Virus record (IMG/VR): IMGVR_UViG_3300034110_001237
Coordinates: 1 to 64,000 of that record
DNA: 64,000 nt
Source: a virus
Reading direction: 5' to 3' (one strand)
Part shown: positions 57,208-64,000 of the stretch, piece after piece
Numbering within the stretch: the stretch's first letter is position 1
Layout of the letters: each line of letters opens with the position of its first letter
Notes under the pieces: generated by a model
What the model was told of the DNA's origin: nothing
Database searches by the model: none
Seen by the model: only the letters and a program-made list of their open reading frames with translations
Program-made: the position numbers and the translations under genes

Positions 57208-57525
57208 ATGACTATTCAATATGTGATGACCCACAATGAATGGATTGCTCACACAGTCAGTTTGATTCCAGATGCTTGTGCAAAACATGACACAAAGGAC
57301 AGTATTGCTTTTGATTTAGCACTGGAATTTGGTATTTTGAGTGGTCTTGTGCCTAGTGGTTGGTATCCTGATGAAGCAGTTGGTCATCTGGTTGAGCGTG
57401 AAGAAGAAAAAGGAAATCTTGACGACAGTGACCTTGATGAATATGAAGCAAAGGTTGCTGTTTATCATGAAAAAATGAAAGCCAAATATGAAGCCGAAGC
57501 TGCGGCACAAAAAGGATCTGTATAA
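57208..57525 (+). CDS. hypothetical protein
   Basis: AAGGA RBS. Confidence 0.7.
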   Translation: MTIQYVMTHNEWIAHTVSLIPDACAKHDTKDSIAFDLALEFGILSGLVPSGWYPDEAVGHLVEREEEKGNLDDSDLDEYEAKVAVYHEKMKAKYEAEAAAQKGSV

Positions 57526-58679
57526 TGTCCCATCAAGCTAACAAACACGTTGTCGATATTGTTAATACATTGACTGCCTATCTTTTTTCAGATCGTTTTG
57601 ATCAAAGTTTGATTGAGAGTAAAGAACATCATATGCGTGCTCCGCGTGTTGAAATGACAATGGAGCTGATGAGGGCTATTATTGATAAGACTGCTACACC
57701 AGAGCAGTTTGAATTGATGGACCAGATCGCACGCCAAAGTTTGAATAAAATTAATAATGTTCATAACTCTCTTGTTTTTCATCTTGATGGTATTCGTTAT
57801 CAGGTTAAACAAGAATATGATCAATATACAGTCTACTCTAAATACAAAGCTCCTAACTTCTCCGGCTTACCCGATGAATTTAAAGAATCTGTAGTCGATG
57901 ATGTTGACGTTATTCATGAAAAATTTATTAAATTGACAAGCCTTTATCCTGCACAAGATTTCATGAAGTTTAAAAATAAAGACCGATACAGTAGCAATGA
58001 ATTTTCAGAATATTGCATTGTGCGTTTGAGCAGTGCATACCCTGTTGCTTATGCGTCGAAAGATTTATTTGAACTATGTGATCATTTTCCAGAAGCGTTC
58101 ACGGCTGAACAGCTCGCCTTCATTGAAATGAACCGAGTTGAAAGCTTTCAAACTATCGATAAATCTCAAAAATCGCTTGAAGTTATGTTTGCAGAATGGA
58201 AAAAACTGCTCAAGCGGAAAAAAGCTACACCTAATAAACAGTTTTCTTTCAATGACATGGACAACTATGCGTTCTTGAATGAGAATGAAACCCATCTGTT
58301 GATGTCTCAACGTAGTCAAAATACACTTTATGCATATGTTCTTGAAAAAGCTACGGGTCATTATAAAGTGTGGACAGCGGCCCATGAAGTGAATGCAGCT
58401 CCTGATGATTTCTATTATTCAGAAATGGTCGAAGACTGTGCTAATTACTTAGAAATGGTTCAATATTACATTGGGCGTGACTACGGCCCTAAAAGCTATC
58501 CAGTAATGATTTCCCATGATGGTTATATCAAATCGGCTCAATATCATTTGGAGAACTTCAATGATGATGATGGCTTGGTGTATGACTCGGTGCGTGGTTT
58601 TAATCTTCATTCACCTGATTGTGGTAACTTGTTAGGTGATTTTGACCTCTTATTGAGTGTTATTGACCATTATCGTTAA
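57525..58679 (+). CDS. hypothetical protein
   Basis: 384-aa ORF translationally coupled (TAATG). Confidence 0.75.
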   Translation: MSHQANKHVVDIVNTLTAYLFSDRFDQSLIESKEHHMRAPRVEMTMELMRAIIDKTATPEQFELMDQIARQSLNKINNVHNSLVFHLDGIRYQVKQEYDQYTVYSKYKAPNFSGLPDEFKESVVDDVDVIHEKFIKLTSLYPAQDFMKFKNKDRYSSNEFSEYCIVRLSSAYPVAYASKDLFELCDHFPEAFTAEQLAFIEMNRVESFQTIDKSQKSLEVMFAEWKKLLKRKKATPNKQFSFNDMDNYAFLNENETHLLMSQRSQNTLYAYVLEKATGHYKVWTAAHEVNAAPDDFYYSEMVEDCANYLEMVQYYIGRDYGPKSYPVMISHDGYIKSAQYHLENFNDDDGLVYDSVRGFNLHSPDCGNLLGDFDLLLSVIDHYR

Positions 58680-58770
58680 TGCTTATTTTCTTACTGAAAA
58701 AAGCCCTTAATGACTTTTTTTGTTATTCAAAACGTGTTATTATAGTATCTCTTAATTTAGGATATAAATC

Positions 58771-59202
58771 ATGTCTAGAACATATAATGGTGGTCAGTAT
58801 ACATTTTCATTTGAAGTCAGTGGAGCTGTTAATCCAGAGAATCTTTCAAGAGACTTCTTCAAAAAATTGAGAAATCCAGAATCATTGAAACCGCTTTTGA
58901 CTGATGAGCAATATATTGTCTATGACACGCTTATCTTATTCAAAGAGTATGTTGAAGATGATTATGTCTATCGCACGCTGGATGGCATTGAACGACTTGA
59001 TGACTTTGATGAGAGTGGGTTCTCCGTTGGTTTTGCATCTCCACGGTTTTTCACCACTGAACAAGTGAAAGATCTCTATCTCAATGTGGTCATTCCAATC
59101 TTCACTTCATGTGACATTGCCAGCAAACCTACTGGTGAATTTACTGAACATCACACCTATACAGAAACGACAGCGAAGTCTCATAAAATTGCTTTCTGTT
59201 AA
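58771..59202 (+). CDS. hypothetical protein
   Basis: AGGA RBS. Confidence 0.7.
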   Translation: MSRTYNGGQYTFSFEVSGAVNPENLSRDFFKKLRNPESLKPLLTDEQYIVYDTLILFKEYVEDDYVYRTLDGIERLDDFDESGFSVGFASPRFFTTEQVKDLYLNVVIPIFTSCDIASKPTGEFTEHHTYTETTAKSHKIAFC

Positions 59203-59288
59203 TATAAAAACAAGCCGAAAACATAGCTCTCATGCTTGATTTGGCTTGTTTAAAATGGTAGAATTACTCCATCTTTGGAGCTTCTTAT

Positions 59289-59483
59289 ATGGTTCGTATT
59301 TTGAAATCATTTCGATCTATTTACAGCAAAAAAACATTGATCTTGGGCACCTTTCAACTGCATAATAATCAAGTGATCTATACCGTCATTGAAAAAGATG
59401 TGGTTCATAAGCTGTTTGGTTTTCCTGTTTTAAAACATGCTGGTATGATTACCCCAGACGATTGGAAGCGTATTATCTCTTAA
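59289..59483 (+). CDS. small hypothetical protein
   Basis: GGAG RBS. Confidence 0.6.
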   Translation: MVRILKSFRSIYSKKTLILGTFQLHNNQVIYTVIEKDVVHKLFGFPVLKHAGMITPDDWKRIIS

Positions 59484-59500
59484 CATTTTAGGTATCGACA

Positions 59501-59710
59501 GTGAATCATTTTCTCAAAAATTATGCAATGCTTATTGAATCCCATGCCGGGATTTTTTTTATTGTCTTTTTCATGTGCTTTTCAGTGTTCTGGAACCTGC
59601 AAGACAAAAGCTGTGTCAATTTCATCCTCACTTTCATTTTTCCGTTCGTCGGCCTTTCAGCTTTTATTAAAATTTTGATGTTTTTCTTTGAAAAAGACGA
59701 GTTTAATTAA
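59501..59710 (+). CDS. small two-TM membrane protein
   Basis: AGGT RBS, GTG start; Phe-rich TM segments. Confidence 0.55.
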   Translation: MNHFLKNYAMLIESHAGIFFIVFFMCFSVFWNLQDKSCVNFILTFIFPFVGLSAFIKILMFFFEKDEFN

Positions 59711-59874
59711 TTGATTTTTGGCGGTTTTTTTATGCTCTAAAAATAGATGAAAAATTTTAAAATATTTTGTAAGTATTTGATTTTAAAAGGTTTTAAACAT
59801 CTAAAAATATGAGAAAAATTTGCTTTTTTATGATTTTCTTGGTATAATACTTACACATAAACAGGAGAGCAAAT

Positions 59875-60084
59875 ATGACTATTACTATGAACACCGTTGA
59901 ATCCAGCTCAATCTTCAAAGTTGGCTATCGTCGTCGCGTCATGCAAGTGCAGTTTAATTCCGGTCGTGTTTATGAGTTTCGTAAGGTGCCTCGTGCCACT
60001 TATGATCAGTTGATGCGTTCTCATTCAAAAGGTGAGTTCTTCAACCGCGAAATCAAAGATTCTTTTGTTTCGACTGAAATCTAA
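59875..60084 (+). CDS. KTSC domain protein
   Basis: VESSSIFKVGY...VQFNSGRVYEF..VP...Y..L..S.SKGEFFN..IK. Confidence 0.88.
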   Translation: MTITMNTVESSSIFKVGYRRRVMQVQFNSGRVYEFRKVPRATYDQLMRSHSKGEFFNREIKDSFVSTEI

Positions 60085-60097
60085 CGCTTTGTAGACA

Positions 60098-60117
60098 AAG
60101 GCACTTCGGTGCCTTTT
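60098..60117 (+). terminator. intrinsic terminator (cUUCGg loop)
   Basis: AAAGGCAC-TTCG-GTGCCTTTT. Confidence 0.8.
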
Positions 60118-60174
60118 GTTATTGTTACCTTTAAAATCTGTGCTATAATATCTCAAAATTCGTAGGAGAATACC

Positions 60175-60498
60175 ATGTCGAATGCAAGCCCTTGTAATGA
60201 GTGTCCTTTCAAACAATCAATTCCCGGTGATTGTCACTCAGCGTGCGGCCATCCAGTAGCTGTTGAAAAACAGATGTTGCTGATGTCTCTCGTATTCACT
60301 GGTCGTCTTGGCGTGATTGAGCAAGCCTTGGGACTTCGAATTGAACCTCATGCAGTAAGCCAAGGTTGGGCGAACTTCCCTGTTAATTTTGACCCTATTT
60401 GGGTAACAGGGACTTGTTCGATGTTGGACAGTTATAAACAATCAGTAGCGAAGTTTACAGCACAACGAGAATCAGAACTTATTCATAAAGAATCCTGA
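60175..60498 (+). CDS. Cys/His-rich phage protein
   Basis: CNECPF...PGDCHSAC...GWANFPVNFDPIW...C. Confidence 0.7.
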   Translation: MSNASPCNECPFKQSIPGDCHSACGHPVAVEKQMLLMSLVFTGRLGVIEQALGLRIEPHAVSQGWANFPVNFDPIWVTGTCSMLDSYKQSVAKFTAQRESELIHKES

Positions 60499-60591
60499 CT
60501 CTTTTTCAATGAGTTAATATTAAAGGCTTGAGCGATCAAGCCTTTTTTGTTATAATACTTCCTACTATTCACATATAACGGTTTATTCACG

Positions 60592-61050
60592 ATGATTGAT
60601 ACTATTACTGACAAAGAACGCCTTCATATTGATAAGGTTGTAAACTTTGCCAAACACATTGATGATAACGGCTTTCAGCATAAAGTCGCTGCAGCTATTG
60701 TGTACAAAAATAAAATCATCAGTCTTGAACACAATCTCGATAAAAGCCATACCTTTCAAAAACGTTTTGCGAAAAACGAACATGCCATTTTTTTTCATGC
60801 TGAAACCAGTGCTATTCATACCGCTCTCAAAATCTTGGGTGAAGACAAGCTTAGTAAAGCCACTCTGGTGGTTGTTCGCCTTTCTGCTGTTAAGAGTAAG
60901 TATCGTCAACGCTTGTTGCACCACACACTAGCCACCAGTAAGCCTTGTGAGGGGTGTGCATCGTGCATTAACTACTATGGCATCAAGAAAGTTATTCACA
61001 GTGTGATTGATGGATTTGAAGTGTATGACACCTTGAAGATGATCAATTAA
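60592..61050 (+). CDS. cytidine/dCMP deaminase-fold zinc protein
   Basis: FHAE, SKPCEGC, GIKKVIHS. Confidence 0.82.
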   Translation: MIDTITDKERLHIDKVVNFAKHIDDNGFQHKVAAAIVYKNKIISLEHNLDKSHTFQKRFAKNEHAIFFHAETSAIHTALKILGEDKLSKATLVVVRLSAVKSKYRQRLLHHTLATSKPCEGCASCINYYGIKKVIHSVIDGFEVYDTLKMIN

Positions 61051-61102
61051 GTAGCTTGATGATTTTTCATTTTCATGTTATAATTGCCTTCAATTTACAA
61101 TT

Positions 61103-61309
61103 ATGGTGATTACAATGTCATACAACTTTGATGAAGCCTCCGGCACTTATGTGATTGCAGACAATCTGACTGAAAATGAACTTTATGACGCTCTGTTGGC
61201 CGTAGCAAAAGATAACGACCTTATTGAAGCCAATCATGCTTCGGATAGTTCTCATATCATGGCTATCTTGCGAAATAATTCAGTTGAAGTTGAGTTTGAT
61301 ACGGTATAA
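61103..61309 (+). CDS. small acidic hypothetical protein
   Basis: promoter upstream; start may be 61115. Confidence 0.6.
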   Translation: MVITMSYNFDEASGTYVIADNLTENELYDALLAVAKDNDLIEANHASDSSHIMAILRNNSVEVEFDTV

Positions 61310-61336
61310 GCAATCCATTTAACAAAGGTATACACA

Positions 61337-61654
61337 ATGACTTTCACGCCTAGAATTCCTACTGATACTGTTGCGATTGTTGGAGCATTTAACAAGAAAT
61401 GGCTTATTCAGTTTCAGAATCGTCGTAAACATCATCGAGAGTTCTTGTGTGACGTATTCAACATGTTTACGCCTGTTTCGTTTGAAACCTTGGATGAAGC
61501 TTTCGAGATTGCTGACTATTATCAGTTAAAGGTGGTCGATGTTCGTATTCATCATGCATATCAGCAACATGACCAAGTGGATGCCAACATGCAAGAAAAA
61601 ATTAAAAAAATGAGAGCCGAATTTGATGGCACTTATGTTAAAAAAATAGCTTGA
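61337..61654 (+). CDS. hypothetical protein
   Basis: AAGGT RBS. Confidence 0.7.
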   Translation: MTFTPRIPTDTVAIVGAFNKKWLIQFQNRRKHHREFLCDVFNMFTPVSFETLDEAFEIADYYQLKVVDVRIHHAYQQHDQVDANMQEKIKKMRAEFDGTYVKKIA

Positions 61655-61688
61655 TTATTACCTTTAACTATTATATAAGGATTGGTTT

Positions 61689-62267
61689 ATGAAGAAGATT
61701 GCATTAATTATATTCTCTTGGTTAATTGCCTTTTCGACCGCATTTGGTGATGAATTCAAAAGTATCAGAGACTTTTCCTATAAGGGGATTAGCTTTTCAT
61801 CCACTGTGGATGATTTGAAGGCTCATGGCTTTAACTGTCAAGATAATACTTGCATTGTTGGTGATGATTTTTTCAAATATAAATCACCGGGATTATTTTC
61901 TGTTCAGCAATTGGCTCGTAATGGTAAAACAGTGACTTTTCATGAAAACCATGTCATTAAAATTACGATTGATCAACTATATCCTTATATGGGTGAAGGG
62001 TGTCAGAATATTATGACTGATCTTCAAACTAGATTTAATGCTAAGTACAAGGCAGACATTAAATTTCATACTTATGCCAGTCGGGCTGGGCCAGTCACTG
62101 ATTATGATAACCTTATTGGATCGGTAAAGTTAGGTGAAGATCTTTTAAGAGTTCATTTTTCTTGTGATGAAGTCAAAAAACCAGACACAACAGAAAATTT
62201 AACCTTTATTCATGCTTTATTTCATTATGAAAACTTAGCATCAAGATTGCTTATTGATGATATTTAA
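61689..62267 (+). CDS. secreted/periplasmic protein
   Basis: signal peptide MKKIALIIFSWLIAFSTAFG; Cys pairs. Confidence 0.7.
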   Translation: MKKIALIIFSWLIAFSTAFGDEFKSIRDFSYKGISFSSTVDDLKAHGFNCQDNTCIVGDDFFKYKSPGLFSVQQLARNGKTVTFHENHVIKITIDQLYPYMGEGCQNIMTDLQTRFNAKYKADIKFHTYASRAGPVTDYDNLIGSVKLGEDLLRVHFSCDEVKKPDTTENLTFIHALFHYENLASRLLIDDI

Positions 62268-62311
62268 AAAGCCTTTAGAACGATTTCAACCATTTAGTAA
62301 GGAGAAAGATC

Positions 62312-62887
62312 TTGAATACATTTGAAAGATTTAAACAGGATTGTAAGAAATTACTTACCGATGAGAAGTTTTATACAGAACCAAAAGATGATGGTAAACG
62401 CATTATCGTCAAAGCACATCTAAAACGAGCACGTAATGGATTGGCAGTCGGAACTATCATCTATATTGATCGAAATGACTGGCTTAATCCTAATGATGAC
62501 CGAGTTTGGGGCTATACGAAGCTTGAACACTTTGGACAAGGAAATCATGCGTATAGTGGAATGGAAAAAGCTGATCTTGAATATTCACCCACCAATGAGC
62601 CGTCTTATTCTGTTGTTATTGAACATGTTAAGAAAAGCATGGCTGGATTTACTCCAGATCCCGATTATCCTGAAGATAATATTGCCAATGTTAAGGAATC
62701 AGTCGTTTCTTCTATTGTCATTGAAAGCTGTCTATCGGAGAATGAAGCCGTTTCAAGAGCATCAGTGGTTGCAACAGCCTTTAAAATTCCAAGAATTGAG
62801 TCTCCTAAGCATGTAGGTAATCTATATATTTGGAATACTCTTGATGATATTGGAACAGGTATTAAAATCTATGTTAGGCCGGATTAA
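62312..62887 (+). CDS. hypothetical protein
   Basis: TAAGGAG RBS before TTG start. Confidence 0.7.
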   Translation: MNTFERFKQDCKKLLTDEKFYTEPKDDGKRIIVKAHLKRARNGLAVGTIIYIDRNDWLNPNDDRVWGYTKLEHFGQGNHAYSGMEKADLEYSPTNEPSYSVVIEHVKKSMAGFTPDPDYPEDNIANVKESVVSSIVIESCLSENEAVSRASVVATAFKIPRIESPKHVGNLYIWNTLDDIGTGIKIYVRPD

Positions 62888-62959
62888 AGTTTAAATTAAT
62901 AGTATCATTGACTTTTTTTATAAAATTGAGTAACCTACCTTATTTTAAGGAGTGTAGCT

Positions 62960-63259
62960 ATGACTGGTGATGAATTACGGACCCTTTTTCAAGAATATGG
63001 TGAAACAGATGAGTCTCACAAATTTGATAGAGTTGCGGTAAAATTTAGTAAACGTGATGATTTACATGCTTTTATTTTACTTGATAAAATAATGCCTGAT
63101 GGTCATACAATGGTTTCTGCTGCTGCACATGATGAAATCTTTTTGGGCTTTGATATGGAAGAGCTGGCCGCTGTCATTACGCAAGAACAGGTCTTGGAGC
63201 TTGTACGCTGTGGTGTTTCTTATGACAGTCATCATGACTGTTTGTATATGTTCGTTTAA
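62960..63259 (+). CDS. conserved phage hypothetical protein
   Basis: R.DLHAFILLD...VSAAAHDEIFL...ELVRCGV. Confidence 0.75.
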   Translation: MTGDELRTLFQEYGETDESHKFDRVAVKFSKRDDLHAFILLDKIMPDGHTMVSAAAHDEIFLGFDMEELAAVITQEQVLELVRCGVSYDSHHDCLYMFV

Positions 63260-63327
63260 CGATGATTTGCTTTTTGACGGCTCATTTGATATAATGGGCC
63301 TTCTTAATTCAACAAGGTAAATTTATC

Positions 63328-63753
63328 ATGACGTTTAAATTGATCACTTCTAATGAGACTTCGCACCTTCATGGTCATTCTTATGAGACAACTGTTATGG
63401 TTGAGTGCTTGGATAAACTCTTTCCAGAGGAAAAAGGTAACTACCAATATCTGTCAAAAGCAAAAGTAGACAAGCTTAAAGAGCTTGTGGCTGCACAGTA
63501 TATTGTGCTTTATTTTGTTGACTCTTACACTTATCCAGTTGAAAATTACCATGACAAAGATGGTGATTACATTAATTCAGATTCGGAAACTAACTCATAC
63601 AAGTCTCCAACCGAAGAAATGATTGTAGCTTTGAATGAAATGGGGTATAATGACACCACTGAAATGATGAAGAATGCTGTTCGTGTTAATCACGACATTA
63701 ACCTTTATTATGGTGAGCGTATCTCGCTTGAATCCTACTGCATTAAAATTTAA
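63328..63753 (+). CDS. hypothetical protein
   Basis: AAGGT RBS; promoter upstream. Confidence 0.7.
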   Translation: MTFKLITSNETSHLHGHSYETTVMVECLDKLFPEEKGNYQYLSKAKVDKLKELVAAQYIVLYFVDSYTYPVENYHDKDGDYINSDSETNSYKSPTEEMIVALNEMGYNDTTEMMKNAVRVNHDINLYYGERISLESYCIKI

Positions 63754-63763
63754 GGATATTATC

Positions 63764-64000
63764 ATGGCTATTCATTTCGCAGCAGACATCAATGCAGAAC
63801 AAGGCACTGACCTTGGGTGGAAATTTGAAAATGGTGTTTTGTATGAGTCCGTCAGCTACATGCTAAAAGAGATCTTTCCTGAATTTCTTTCCATGCTTAA
63901 AGTGGACGATGAACATCGTTATATTCCAGAAGTTCATATTCAAAAGAAAATCGAATTCCATGACAAGATTGATGCCGAATTCTTCTTGTTCTACTATCCT
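63764..64000 (+). CDS. hypothetical protein (3' truncated by window)
   Basis: TAAGGA RBS, ATG 63764, open to window end. Confidence 0.6.
   Translation, partial: MAIHFAADINAEQGTDLGWKFENGVLYESVSYMLKEIFPEFLSMLKVDDEHRYIPEVHIQKKIEFHDKIDAEFFLFYYP

Noticed and set aside
60592-61050. Deaminase ending LKMIN as a member of the MxxI-tail family
   Set aside because: Met is at -3 and the last residue is polar, so it does not fit the pattern.
1-64000. Amber-recoded genetic code suggested by the CUA tRNA-like RNA
   Set aside because: ORFs tile densely in code 11, and TAG acts as a real stop right after the conserved tag (3359, 29584, 30398).
1-64000. Integrase, transposase, capsid or replication-initiator genes
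   Set aside because: No recognisable motifs, so phage versus megaplasmid cannot be settled from this window.

Overview
A 64-kb, AT-rich, densely coding window with no virion-structural, conjugation-core or clear replicon genes. It looks like the accessory or early region of a jumbo phage, or less likely a phage-like megaplasmid, of a sigma70-using and probably gammaproteobacterial host. It holds about 100 mostly short ORFs, mainly on the + strand. These are arranged as cassettes, each with a near-consensus sigma70 promoter, a GGAG-type RBS and an intrinsic terminator, often with a cUUCGg loop. Recognisable genes are an NAD kinase, an Rnl2-like RNA ligase, a small HD-domain (p)ppGpp hydrolase, a SAM methyltransferase, a signal peptidase I, a KTSC protein, a zinc deaminase, a degenerate VirD4/HerA-like ATPase, a pilin-like protein, a HExxH protein, a compact polymerase-like protein and tRNA-Arg(CCG). 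Two signals stand out. (1) Nineteen otherwise diverse 210-420 aa proteins, spread over the window and on both strands, all end in the same tag, [D/E]-M-x-x-[I/Y/V/C]-COOH. A second small set ends in a basic tail plus Ile. This suggests a C-terminal sorting or docking code. (2) A promoter- and terminator-bounded non-coding transcript at about 48170-48645 contains a split copy of the 23S rRNA uL11-binding GTPase-associated centre (H43/H44) around a pseudoknotted insert of about 250 nt. It is followed by a D-arm-truncated tRNA-like RNA with a CUA (amber) anticodon and alanine identity elements. All family calls are from motif recognition by eye; no searches were run.
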